From Squalus acanthias (taxonomy: Eukaryota): a DNA stretch of 64,000 nucleotides. Shown here in pieces: positions 36,300-48,965 of this stretch. Position numbers and translations under genes: made by a program. The first letter of the stretch is position 1. The number at the start of each line of letters is the position of its first letter. Under the pieces are notes generated by a model, which made no database searches, was not told the origin of the DNA, and saw only the letters and a program-made list of their open reading frames with translations. The stretch is from positions 141,362,001-141,426,000 of the forward strand of contig CM059431.1 in assembly GCA_030390025.1 (NCBI GenBank), read 5' to 3'.

Positions 36300-39200
36300 T
36301 ATTTCAGAGATATGGGCTGTCCAGAAAGCTGGCGCTGCATTTCACTTCGGCAGTTCAGTTGGGTCAAGTGGAGAATATCACAGTGGGGGAGCATCTCTGA
36401 AATATTCATCATAGTTACCATAATGTTTAGATTAGCTATTGAGAAGGACACTGAGCAATACAGAATAAAAAAACTTAACTGGAGGAGGGCTATCTTCAGC
36501 GAATTGAGGAGCTATCTGTCCCGGGTAAACTGGAGTCAAAGACTGGCAGCAGAAATGTAATGGAGCAACGGGCGGACTTTAAAGAGGAGATGGTTCGGGC
36601 GCATTCTAGGTACATTCCCACAAGGGAGAAAGGGAGGACAGCCAACGCTGGAGGACGAAGGGGTTAGAGTAGGATGAAGCATAAAACCGGGCGTATGACA
36701 GATATCAGCTTGATAATACAAGCGAGAATCAGGCTGAATATAAAAAAGAAAAATGGACAAGTTAAAAAGGAAGTAATAGAGGAAAAGTGAAGTACGAGAA
36801 GAGATTAGCGGCTAACATAAAAGGGAATCCGAAGGGCTTCTATCGGCATACTAACAAAAAAGTTATGTCATATAGTGGGGTCAATTGGGCAAAAATGTTC
36901 ATCTATTGGTAGAGGCAGAAGGCATTGCGGAGGCACTAAATGAGTACTATGCATCAGTGTTTATCAAGAGGAGGACTTTGCCAAAGTTTCGGTAAACACG
37001 AAGGTTGTCGGGATACTGGATGAACTAATATAAATAAAGAGGATGTACTCGAAAGGCTGGCTGTAGTTAAAGTGGATAAGTCAGCCGGTCTGGTTGGGAT
37101 CCATCCTAGGTTGCTGAGGGAAGTAAGGTAGAAATTGCCGCGTTGTTGGCCACAATTTTCCAATCCGCATTAGATACATAGAATCACACAATCATAAAAA
37201 ATTACGGCACAGAAGGAGGCCATTTGGCTCCTCATTTCTCTGGGGCCAAAAAAGAGCTATCCAGCCTAATCCGACTTTCCAGCTCTTGGTCCCTAGCCTT
37301 GCAGGTTACAGTACTTAAAATGCATATTCAAGTACTTTTAAAATGTAATGGGGGCGTCTGCCTCTAACAACTTTTCAGGCAGTGAGTTACAGACCCCCAC
37401 CACCCTCCGGGTGAAAAAGGTTCTCATCAACTCCCCTATAATCCTTCCACCAATTATTTTAAACCTATGCCCCCTGGTTATTTACCTCTCTGCCGGGGAA
37501 ATAGATCCTTCCTTTACGCTCGTTCTAGAACCCTCATAATTTTATATACCTCAATTAAGTCTCCCCTCAGCCTCCTCTGTTCCAAAGACATCAACCCCAG
37601 CCTATCCAATCTTTTCTCATAGCTAAAGGTCTCCAGTCCTGGAAACATGGTCCTAAACCGCCTCTGTGTCCTCTCTAGAGCAATCATATTTTTCCTGTAA
37701 TGTGCTGATCGGAACTGTACGCAGTACTCCAGCTGTGGCCTAACCAGTGTTTCATAAAGTTCAAGCATAATCTCCATGCTCTTATATTTAATGGTTCGGC
37801 TAATAAAGGAAAGTATCCCGTATGCCTTCTTAACCGCATTATCTACCTGTTCTGCTACCTTCAGTGGTGTGTGGACATGTACTCCAAGGTCCCCTGTTCC
37901 TCTACGCTTCTCAGTATCCTACCATTTATTGTGTATTTCCTTGCCTTGTTAACCCTCCCCAAATGCATTACCTCACACTTCTTCGGATTGAATTCCATTT
38001 GCCACTTGTCTGCCCAGCTGACGAGCCATTGATATTTTCCTTCAGTCTACGGCGTTCTTCCTTACTATTAGCCACACGGCCATTTTTTGTATCATCTGAA
38101 AACTTCCTAATCATACCCCCTAAATTGAAGGATAAAATATTGATATATAACACGAAAAGCAAGGGACCTATCATTGAGCCCTGCCGAAACACACTGGAAA
38201 CAGACATCCAGTCACAAAAACATCCGTCGAACATTACCTTTTGCTTCCTACCACTGAGCCAAATTTGGATCAAACTTGCCAGATACAGGGGTGGTGCCAG
38301 AGGACAGGAGGATTGCAAATGTTGCATCCTTGTTCAAAAAAGGGAGCAGGATGGCAATTACAAAGAAGTCAGTTTAATGTCGGTGGTGGTGAATCCGGGA
38401 GATGATTAACAGCCACTTGGGCAAACATGGACTAATAAAGGAGAGCCTGCACGGATTTGGTAAGGGCAAATCGTGTTTGACTCAACTGATTACGTTTTTT
38501 TATGAAGTAACGCAGAGTGTGGATGAGGGCAGTGCAGCTGATGTTGTATATATGGGCTTTCAAAAGGCTGTGAGAAATAATACATATTAGTCTTGTTAGC
38601 AAAACTGAAGCACATGGGATAAAGGGCAGTGGCAGCATGGACACAAAACTGGCTGAGGGATAGAAAACAGAGAGTTGTGATGAATGGCTCTTCTTCGGAA
38701 TGGAGGCAGTTATACAGTTTTGTTCTCCAGGGTTCAGTACTAGGACCACACCTGTTTTTGATATACATTAATGACTTGGACTTGGGGTTACTGGATTCAA
38801 TGTCGAAATTTGCAGCTGGCACGAAACTTGGACGTGTAGTAAACAGTGAGTAGGATAGTAATAGACTTCAAGAGGACATAGCCATGTAACAATGTTAAAG
38901 GGGGTGCAGGAACAGAGAGTCCTGAGCGCATTTGGGCACAACTTTTTGAAGGCGGCAGATTAGGTAAAAAACGCAGTTAATAAAGCATATGGGATCCTGG
39001 GTTTTATAAATAGAGTCATAGAGTCCAAAAGTCAGGAAGTTATGCTAAATCTATATAAAACACTCGTTCGGTCCCAGCGTGAACATTGAGTACAATGCTG
39101 GGCACAACACGTTAGGAAGGAGCTGAAGGCTTTGTAGAGGGTACAGAAGAGCTTTACTAGAATTGTTCCAGGAATGAGGGATTACAGTCAGGTGGGCAGA

Positions 39201-39620
39201 CTAGAGAAGCTTGGGTTGTTCTCCTCAGAGCAGAGAAGGCTAAGCAGAGATCTGATAGAGGTATTTAAAACCATGAAGGGTTTAGATAGAGTAAATAAAG
39301 AGAAAGTGCTGCCAATGGCTTATGGATCGATTACCTGAGGGCACAGATTGAAGGTAATTGTCAAAAGGACCAGAGGCGACATGAAGGGAAACGTTAATGC
39401 AACACGTGGTTAGGATTTGGAATGCACTGCCTGATAGGGTGGAGGAAACGGATTGAATCGTAGTCTTCAAAAGGGAATTTGACAAATACTTGAAGGAGAA
39501 AGAATTGCAGAGATATGGAAAAAGAGCGGGGAGTGGGAATAAATGGATTGCTCTTCGAAAGAGCCGGCACAGACTGGATAGACCGAATGGCACCCCTCAA
39601 TGCTGCACTATTCTATGAGG
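36300..39620 (+). mobile_element. Old CR1 ORF2 to 3' tail, with a nested inverted CR1 fragment (about 37177-38280)
   Basis: HGFGKGKSCLTQL, QGSVLGP and a 3' tail at about 39600. Nested minus-strand ORFs 37514..37777 and 37968..38327. Confidence 0.88.
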
Positions 39621-39649
39621 CTATTCAAATTTAAACGTCCATTGAAATA

Positions 39650-40066
39650 AAGACGTTGGATTTCTATAGCTCCTTTCACGACCTCGGGACCAACGCGCGT
39701 TACAGAAAATTAAATACTTTTGAAGAAAGGACACTGTTGTAATGAAGGAAAGGCGGCAGCTAATTTGGGCACAACAAGGTCCCATGAACAGCAACGTGAT
39801 AATGACCACGTTAACTGCTTTTTAGAGATCTTGATTGAGGGGCAAACATTGGTCCCAGGACACCGGGGAGAACTCCTCTGCTCTGCTTCGATATAGATGG
39901 AGCATTGGTTCAACGTCTCTTCCGAAAGACGGCAATGCCGACAGTGCAGCGTTCCCTCATTACTGGCACTGGGAGAGTCAGCCTGGATTTTGTGCTGGAG
40001 AGGGAATCTAGCCCTCAACCTTCTAACACAACGGTGAATATGCAATCACTGCCCAAATGCTGACAC
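39650..40066 (-). mobile_element. Deu-domain SINE
   Basis: Reverse complement of the family at 2574-3021. Confidence 0.8.
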
Positions 40067-40478
40067 TTAATTACCGAGAACGCGAAATAAACGACCTCTC
40101 CCTTTTCAGCAGCTAAAACGTGCGGCCAATGCGCCTCTCGATGGGCCCAGTACGCTGTAGGTAGATAATGGCGGAGTTCAAGGGGTCAGCTGTCTGACAC
40201 TGACGCAATACTGGCGTATTCGTTTCGTTATTTAGTTCTCATAACAGAATGTGACAGATATCTGCCGGCAAGGGCTCGATCGGCCGAATGCCCTCCATTT
40301 GTGCTGCACCATTCTCTGAATCCATTTAATTGGGGAGTAATGCTGACTGTGCCCGAGTGTTGGACGGTATACAGGGATGTTTTTACCAAATAATTGGCTG
40401 ATTATGAGAACGAGAAAATGTATATTTTCTTGCTCCCTGTTCTCACCTTCACTCGCTACATCCAACCACTCAATAATC

Positions 40479-40705
40479 CAGAAAATGCTGGAAATACTCA
40501 GCAGGTCAGGCAGCATCTGTAGAGAAAGAAACAGAGTTAATGTTTCAGTCCGATGACCTTTCGTCAGAACTGTTCTGACGAAGGATTATCGTCCTGAAAC
40601 GTTAACTCTGTTTCGCTGTCCACTGATGCTGCCTGACCTGCTGAGTATTTCCAGCATTTTCTGTTTTTATTTCAGATATCCAGCATCCGCAGTATTTTAC
40701 TTTTC
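40479..40705. repeat. Long palindrome (Penelope-like element terminal sequence)
   Basis: Arms of about 92 bp (CAGAAAATGCTGGAAATACTCAGCAGGTCAGGCAGCATC... and its reverse complement) around centre 40571. Confidence 0.85.
40572..40606 (+). ncRNA. Minimal type-I hammerhead ribozyme motif
   Basis: GUU-CUGACGA-AGGA(UUAUCG)UCCU-GAAA-C-GUU-AAC: full catalytic core, 4-bp stem II, palindromic AACGUU stem III and 3-bp stem I. Confidence 0.6.
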
Positions 40706-41364
40706 TGATGTTGTAATCAATAACCCATCTGGGTTTAGGTGGTGATCGATAATGTGATTCTAAGACGGCGGGACACGCACGTCCGCATGACATTATCTGG
40801 GTCAGGACTTTGCTTTGCAGCAATTTCTGCACATTGTCAATAGCAACTCAACCGCAGCCAGTGGTTTCAGCAGCTGAACATCTGCTGGAGGTTTGCAATT
40901 TGAGTTTAAGTTGTGTCGAGTTTATTTCCGCAAAAAAAACAGCGAAGCAGAGGGATGGTTACTACTTTTTGTTCATTTCTGTGGAGTTGAATTAGTTTTG
41001 GTCCTGTCGAGACACTGCAAGGATTTCTGTTTATTGCCGATTTTGATCTTTGTCTCATGTTGAGCACATCTCCGAATGTGGGTCGCTGGGGTTTGATCTG
41101 AACTTTGCGCCAATCTGTAACCCGAGTACAAAAGTCAGTTGTTGGACAAACTCTTGAAATCAAGAATCCGAGATATAATTAGTGAGGATTAAGAAATGCA
41201 CGGGTTAATTTAAGGGCTGGCTGCATGGATTTAAGAAAGTCAAGTCATGTTTGATAACTTGTACAGAATCCTTTATAAAGTAATCTATTATACAGATGGA
41301 GGCTATTAAGTAAATACATAACATTTTTATCAGGTTTTTAATAATGTTTTCCACAAACGACTTG

Positions 41365-42150
41365 TTAGGAACATACGAAACATGGCGGACAGGAAGCGAC
41401 CTACTGGTCCATCCAGCCTGTCCCGTGCAGTTGTGATGCCTCGTGCTTCCCAATAAATAAACTCGCCTCCCCACCCAAAACCATGTGATCTACTGGAAGG
41501 GGCGACAAGACAGATCAAAACCCAGGATCATGAGTGGTCAAAAATCTGCAAACTTCCTCTCCGAACTCTTTAGGTGATTAAAATCAGTCCATGAGATCAC
41601 ACTGCCCCGGATTAACGTTGCCAGTTACCTTCCCGTTGTACGAGGTGACCTCCGTACCAGTTCACAGCAGATCCAGATCTGATGGAATTCAGCGACTCGG
41701 CTTCCACCGCACAGGCCAACAGCCGGTTCCACAGAAGCACTATCATTTAAGAAAAGAACTACTTCCTGAAATATTAGCTAGATCTGTCAGGATACACCTT
41801 GCGATTCTGATCCCTGATCCTCTGCAACCTATTTAGTTGAAGCATTTTGTCTAGAAAAAGGAAATTTAAGCCCATCATCATCTTATAAACCTTAAACAAT
41901 TCACCACTAAGTCTACGCTTCTCCAAAGTGTACAGACTAATCTCTTAGAGTCTATCTTATTAACTAGGATGCTTCAAACAGGGTATTAGTCTAGTGGCCT
42001 TCCTCTGCACCTATTCTATCCTTAATTTCGCCCATCCTGCGAGGAGACAAAATTGGACACCGTTTCTATCTGAGACCTGACCAAGGCCTTATACAAGAAC
42101 ACAATAGTTGGCTGCTTTTTATATTTAATTGTCTTGTAACTACGCCCTAG
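41365..42150 (-). mobile_element. LINE 3' fragment (CR1/L2-like, different family)
   Basis: GAACATACGAAACATGG tail and an LYKALVRSQIE motif on the minus strand. Confidence 0.65.
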
Positions 42151-43529
42151 AACAATCAGATCTTTTGGATAAGAGCAGATGTAGCTGCGTGGATATGACG
42201 GCGGCTGATGGACGGTCAGCTTCAACTGATGGTAGTTGGAATGTGGAAGGTTGGAGCTGGGTTCGAAGTGTGCCACAGGAATCCAGTTTCCTGCTTTGTC
42301 TATTTGGAAATAGCAAGAACAATCTCGAAATTTTCTTAAAACACGTAATCAAGCGGTTTGTTAAACAGCGACCAGGACTGTCAGCACCTTCAGGAAAATA
42401 GGTTGTACAAATGGGGAAAGAGATGGCAGCTGGTGTTTAATATGGGTAATTGAGATATAACAGATTCCGTCAGGAATGATCGCATATATTTAATGGAACG
42501 ATACTGAATGATGTCATTGAAAAGAGAAACCAAATGTTCTAAGACATAATTCCTTCGAAGTACCCATGTAGGTAGATAAAATCATGAAAAAAGAAGAAAT
42601 GCATTTTGGATGTAGGGATATAGGGATAGGATGAGGCCATTTAATCCCTGGAACCGTATCCACAATCTCATTAAATATTGGCTGATCTGTATCTGAACTC
42701 CATCCACCCGTCTTGGATCTGTAACACTTAATACCGTTGTTAACAAAAATCTATTAATCTCAGTTTTACATTTTGAATTGACCCCCAGTCTCATCAGCTT
42801 TGTGGGGGAGAGTGTTCCAGAATTCCACTACCCTTTGAGTGAAAAATTACTTCCTAACATCAATCCTAACGTGCCCAGCTCTAATTTTAAGGCTGTGCCC
42901 AACCAGACTATTTTGTTTTATTTCTATCTACCGTATCAAATACTTTAAGTACCTTAAAAACTCAATTGGATCACCCTTCTTCACCTTCTATATTCAAAGG
43001 TTTAGATTCCGAGAGTTGCGACTTCAGCACATATGGACGCTGACTCCAAGTTTTCGGATGATGTCACGAAGGGGCAGTTATGAATGAGGAAGAGGAGAGA
43101 GCGAAGCTTAAATCTTTGGGGAATCTCCAAAAGTAACAGTGCTGGGACAGGGAGAGAAGCCATTGCTGGAGACACTGCGGCTATATTTGTATACATAAGA
43201 ATGGAATCAAGCGGGTGCAGTCCCATTATGCTGGAATCGCAAACTCCACCAAAATGTGCAGCTGTTGAACTACTGGCTGTGGTTCGGTTGCTATTGACAA
43301 TACGCAGAGCTAACTACAAAGCACAGTCCTGACCCAGATAATGTTATGCGGACGTGCGTGCCGCGCCGTCTTATACGCACATTGTAAATTACCACCTAAA
43401 CCGAGATGGGTTATTGAATCGTCAGATGCATGGAGTGAATGTGAGAACAGGAAACAAGAACATGAACATTTACTCTCTCTTGCACATATTTGATAGTCAA
43501 CTTTATATCCACAACTAAATATATCACAT

Positions 43530-44050
43530 TTTATTATGAACACTAAACAAAACTGATATGGTGTCAGTAGCAGAGTGCTGACTCCTTTATCTCTACCTAG
43601 AGTGTACTCAGCCAGGGAGCGGTCGATTATCTGCATATTTTAGCCATTGTGAAGGGAGAAGTCGTTTACTCTGTAGAATTGAAACACAGTGGGTCAACGC
43701 TGCATATTCGGGTCATTCATATAAAAATCCGCTTCCCATTTTTAGCGCGGGTACCAAATGCTTTCCTTGTCATGTTTAACATTACGATAAAATTACCATC
43801 GGATGACTATCATAAGGGCACGCGCAGGGAATGAAAATGGCCCTGGGCGGGAATGGAAAACAGGTGGTATTGCATGTGTCGCCTGATATATGTTGCACCC
43901 GATATTCAGTCCCATTGACTTCTCCCTTTACAATGGCTAAACTATGCAGATCATCGACTTCTCTCTGCGCTGAGTACCCTCGAGGTAGAGATAACGGGGT
44001 CAGCACTCTGCTACTGACAGCATATTAGTTTTATTTAGTTTGCATAACAA
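43530..44050. repeat. Inverted repeat with ~135-bp arms (43530-43663 / 43916-44050)
   Basis: TGTCAGTAGCAGAGTGCTGAC..TTATCTCTACCT..TTTAGCCATTGTGAAGGGAGAAGTC recurs as its reverse complement. Confidence 0.85.
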
Positions 44051-44419
44051 ACTGAAAATCAGGTGTGTCGTATAGCAGTCCGGAAATGGGATTCCGCCTG
44101 ATTTGTTCACCTCACGTGTTCTATTTCAGCCCGAAGCGTCTCTCCTCTGATAGGACGAAGTGTAATTTCCAGACTCACATTACAAGTCAGTATTCCGGCG
44201 ATATTGCTTTCAAATACCTGTTGTTGGCCTCTGAATCGAACTGTTTAGAACAGTTCCAGAGACGATAAAGGGATTGGACTCATGCTGTGAGACACTAGTG
44301 ACCCAACGAATGGACAGAAGTTACAACATAAAAGCAGGCCAGTCGGCCCAATGAGTCCGAGTCACAGTACTAGTGAACATGAACCAAACCGTCCCCGAAC
44401 GCGAGCCAATCGCTAATTT

Positions 44420-44516
44420 CCGTTAGATCCAGCAGTATTGCCTAAGTGCCCGGTCATAAAGTATCTCGGGCTCTAAAACAGGACCCAGAGTCCCGAGCGG
44501 TGATCGATAATCTCGG
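44420..44516 (+). other. Putative 5'UTR exon of MS4A copy B
   Basis: Ends CTCGG|GTAAGTTA, homologous to 32911-33010. CCAAT at 44406. A matching acceptor (TTCTTATTCACAAAG) lies at 45989 before the ATG exon. Confidence 0.55.
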
Positions 44517-46017
44517 GTAAGTTATCGAAGAGGCATGGCTCTTGTTAGGAACAATGCGGGTAATTTTATCTCTGAGCGATGGTGTTTAATGGGCGATATG
44601 GAATTAGCGCCCGTTAGATGTCCTGTGTGATTTCCCTTCCATTGAATTCCATGGAAGGGAAAATCTGGCAGGTTGATGTCAAAGCCTATTCGATATCGTC
44701 CGTTTTGAGCTGTCGCTCAACGTTAAAATATATGTAGAAATGTGATAAGTTTATCTGCATAAATAGTGCAGCATCTTCTCGGATTGTTGCATATCTTCAG
44801 TCTGAATGTTTCAGTGAAGCTCATGTCTTAAATGTACAATATTGCGTGTGTACTGATACGAATTTTCTGTGCTAACATTTAATATAGAAATTACAAGCTG
44901 TGGTTGATTAGTTCTCAACCGGCTCGATAGTGAATATCAGTACAAGCTTTTAAACAAGGTCCTATTTCTCAAATTGTATTTTCGGTAATTTGCTCGCTTT
45001 GACGTTAAACGCCAGCAGTGACTTGTTCGGCCGACTGGCCTGTTTTATTGTGTTATAACTTCTAGGCCTTTCAATTTCTATATCTGTTTGTTGGATGATT
45101 GTTGTTTGGAACGTCAGCAGTGAATACAAATGGATGTTTGAGGTGACGTTGCATTTTGTAATTAGAAGAGAATGAAGCTATTTGCACCGAAATCTGTGGC
45201 TCTTCGGCAAACAGAAGGAGCTTATCCCATCAGTTTATTGGTAACAACTGATTATACAATTTGTACTGATCACAACGTAGAATTAAACAATTGTCTTAAC
45301 TTGTATACATTCAACCGAATTAAGACATTAATGTTTACATTGATGCAATTCTGTTAATTTTTATTTCAATGGACAGTGTAGCCTCATACATTAATATTAT
45401 TAATTTTTTTTAAGTGTATTATTATAATGATAGACAACAGGATGTAACTTAAGTGGGAAGATTTTCGCTTGGCTGTATTGGATGATTAACTAAAATATGC
45501 CCCGGAAACATTATTTTGGTTGATAATTGTAGTGAAATCTCATTTCAAAACACTATGCTTGCGATTTCAGGATGAATACCAGACAGAAAAAAACATGAAT
45601 GCAGCAACAATATGCTGATCGATTGGGGCCTAAATCATTCCCTTGACTAAATTTCAAGTCTGGGGAAGAGTGTTTTTTCCCAGAAATTCGTTTTTTCGGG
45701 TTTTGTGAACTGAAATACTAAAATCCACAGCACCTGATTCGTGAAAAGAAGCACTTGTCAAGATTGAAAGAAAATAACTTCATGAACATGACGTAAAAAT
45801 ATCACATTGATAACTTCAATCGAAATTTATTGAGTTCGAAATATATATTTATAGATTGGGTGCCAGCCTGGTTAAAGTGTCACAAATTGCCATTGTCAGA
45901 CTGTAATATCATAAAGAATATTGGTTAGTCAGTATTAAGCGAAAATTTGCTGTATTAATATGTGTGACATTTCCTTCTTATTCACAAAGTGTTTATTGCC
46001 CAGTCTTTACTTGGAAC

Positions 46018-46182
46018 ATGGAGACTTCACTGAGCACTGAAGGGAGCGTCATGAGTCCCCATATTAACCCGCAATCCGATAGAAGGGAAGTCCCAGTGAG
46101 ACGACGAGGCTCCCGGACTTATTCACTGACCAGAAGAGTAACCGGTCCCGGAAATCAGATGGGAAAACCAAAAGCATTGGGT
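46018..46182 (+). CDS. MS4A copy B first coding exon
   Basis: METSLSTEGSVMSPHINPQSDRREVPVRRRGSRTYSLTRRVTGPGNQMGKPKALG|GTAAGA. Confidence 0.88.
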
Positions 46183-47000
46183 GTAAGATAAAAACATTTC
46201 TATTATTATTTTTTTCCCTTCTCAAGTAAATCACAATTTCAGTTGGCAATGGTCTACTTTCAAGGCGTCTTGAATAAAAATGGTTCTGGTCACTAGGGAT
46301 AAGGACATCATTAATTAGCTGCTGAAGATTAATTCCCATCTCTATTTCTGCCGAAATTGATGTAATTAGTGAGAAGCTAGATAAGTACCTGGCGGAGGAA
46401 GGGTTGAAGGTTATGTTATTAAGTTGGGATGGAAAGGTATGGTTGGGGTGGACCATAAGGCCAGTTGGGCAGAATAGTCTCCCTCTGTGCAGTAGACGCT
46501 GTGTAATTCTATATAATGTAAATTGTAAACACCATTAGTATGATCGCATGCACGATTTCGCTAGGGATACTAACTGGGAAATATTTTCCTGAGTGCATGT
46601 TTGAGTTTTCAGAGTCAGTCTCGGGATATGGGGATCGCTGGATTGCTCATCTCTAGCTGCCCTTAAGTAGGTGGTGGACCATCTTCTTGATCCTCTGCAT
46701 TCCATGTGGTGAAGTTACTCCCACGATGTTGCTAGGTAGGGTGTTCCAGGGTACAGCGACTATGAATGAGCGGCGATATATTTCCAAGTCGGGGTGCTGG
46801 TTGACTTGGAGAGGGACTTAGCGATGATGGTGTACCCATGCACCTGCTGCTCTTGTCCTTCTGGTGGAGATCCCGGTGTGAGAGCTGCTTTCGAAGAAGC
46901 CTCGATGAGCTACTGCAGTACATCCTGTACATGGTACACACTGCTTCCACGGTGCGCCGGAGGTGGAAGGAATGCGTTTGCCCAATTGTGTAGGCGTTTC

Positions 47001-47459
47001 TTTTTTCTTTTTCCTTATTCGTTCACGGGATGCGGGCGTCGCTGGCATGGCCAGCATTTATTGCCCATCCCTAATTGCGCTTGAACAGGTGGTGGTGAGC
47101 CACTTTCTTGAACCGCTGCAGTAACGATTTCGTACAACTGAGTGGCTTGCTAGTCCATTTCAGAGGGCAGTTAATATCAACCACATTGCTGTGGGTCTGG
47201 AGTCACATATCGGCCTCACCGGCTAAGGACTCCAGGTTTCCTTTCCTAAAGATAATTAGTGAACCAGATGGGTTTTACGGCAAGCCGGTAGTTTCAATGG
47301 TCACCATTACTGATACTCGCATTTTATTCCAGATTTATGTATTTTACTGAATTTAAATTCCCCGGCTACCATGGTGAGATTTGGAACTCATGTCTCTGGA
47401 TCATTAGTCCAGGACTCTGGATTAATAGTTTATTAAAATAACCACTATGCTACCGTACC
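47001..47459 (-). mobile_element. tRNA-derived SINE, near full length, LINE-derived tail
   Basis: Head GGTACGGTAGCATAGTGGTTA..GAGTTCCAAATCTC. Tail CTCACCACCACCTGTTCAAGCGCAATTAGGGATGGGCAATAAATGCTGGCC matches 24190-24270. Confidence 0.85.
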
Positions 47460-47626
47460 ACTTATCCAGTGATCTCAATCACTTTTCATGGAAGTTTTAT
47501 TTGTGTGGATCCTTGACCTCTCTCTTTCCCACCCCCTCTCCCTCTTTCGCACACGCACACTGACATGTTGGTTGATTTTATATAGTTTACCTTTATTTTG
47601 CACAGTACGATATTGTTCTCTTTTAG

Positions 47627-47737
47627 GTCACTCAGATTGTGTTGGGAATAGGTTTTATAATATTCTGGACGCCATTAATTCTGAGTCCGATATCGATACC
47701 AGGAGAACACAGAACACACTGGCGGAGCGGCCTGTCG
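47627..47737 (+). CDS. MS4A copy B exon 2
   Basis: CTCTTTTAG|VTQIVLGIGFIIFWTPLILSPISIPGEHRTHWRSGLS|GTGAGT; 111 nt. Confidence 0.9.
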
Positions 47738-48230
47738 GTGAGTTTCCATCCAATGTCCTTAACAGAACATATTTGGAAGAATTTCACTCCGCTTGGAATT
47801 GAATAGATGAGACGGGTGTATTTCTTTGCCCTTTTTTGCACAGAAGGCTTGCTATAATATTCCGCTGATCGTCGTTATATCATCCGGGGGTAAACTATTT
47901 TTTTTAAACAAGTAATGTATCCGTTAAAATAGCGAACAGATGGAATGTCAGACTAACGAGATTTCATACGGTGAAATCAGAAACAATAAATTCTAGAAGT
48001 CGATTTATTTAAATCTGTCGGTTGTATAGAGATCGCTTATTGTTTATTGTTTTTTGTCCGAGGTTTGATGGTCGGGGAGCACACGAACAAAGGGAGGCGA
48101 TTCAACATCTCCAGAATGTTTCGCTTTTCAAGTGGCTGATCTTTACCTCAACTCTATTTACCTGCCTTGATTCATTATATTCATTAATGCCCTTACCCAA
48201 CAAAAATGTAGCTATCTCAGTCTTGATAAT

Positions 48231-48965
48231 AGCCCAGAAATTAGGCTCCCTGGATTCCCGTGGGTGCAAGGATCCAATGCGCACCTACCTACCACGCCTG
48301 CCGTTGTCCTCTTGGCCCACGGGGACTTCAGCTCCTGGGCCTCTCCCAACTGCCGGCGCGCAGTGCTTGTGTATCCCAGGAGCGCAGTTAGTGTGATGCG
48401 TCCCCTGGGATCACGTGGGCCATGGAGAGCCACTGGCAGCAGACCATCTATCATTCATAGATTTGACAGGAAGACCTGTCAAATCTATGAATTGAAATCG
48501 GCCCCAAAACAACACCTAAACTTCAAATACATTTTTTAAAAATCACATTTTTAAAATAACTATAAGTTAAATAAATTAACTACTTTAAACAAAAATTTAA
48601 ATTTTTGAAAAAATTAATGTACTTTTTCACAGTGCTGAAAATAAACTTACCTTTCTTTAAAGTATCTAAAAAAGATAAACCTGTTAAAAAAAATTTTTTA
48701 TTGTAATTAATTAACCACTTACCTTGTTGAAAACGGGTCCTGCGCCTCCTTTTTAAAAGCGCAGCGTCTTCAATATTAACCTTCCTGGATAAAACTGAAA
48801 AAAAAACTCAGTTGGCAGCGTGCACACAGCCTCCACCACACACGCGGTGCACCTCTGAACCGCTCCCTTCACGAGACCGGAAGTTCCGGTTTCCCGCGCA
48901 TGCAGCAGGCTTTACGGGTGAGTACACAGCGCGTACTCACCCGGCTAGTGCCGAATTTTTGGCCC
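48231..48965. mobile_element. Harbinger-like non-autonomous element nested in a CR1 fragment
   Basis: AAT|AGCCCAGAAATTAGGC ... GCCGAATTTTTGGCCC|AAT; CR1 sequence resumes on both sides. Confidence 0.8.

Noticed and set aside
28957..47802. Similar ORFs 28957..29259 and 47488..47802 as a novel protein pair
   Set aside because: They are the wrong reading frame of MS4A exon 2. The similarity reflects the DNA duplication.
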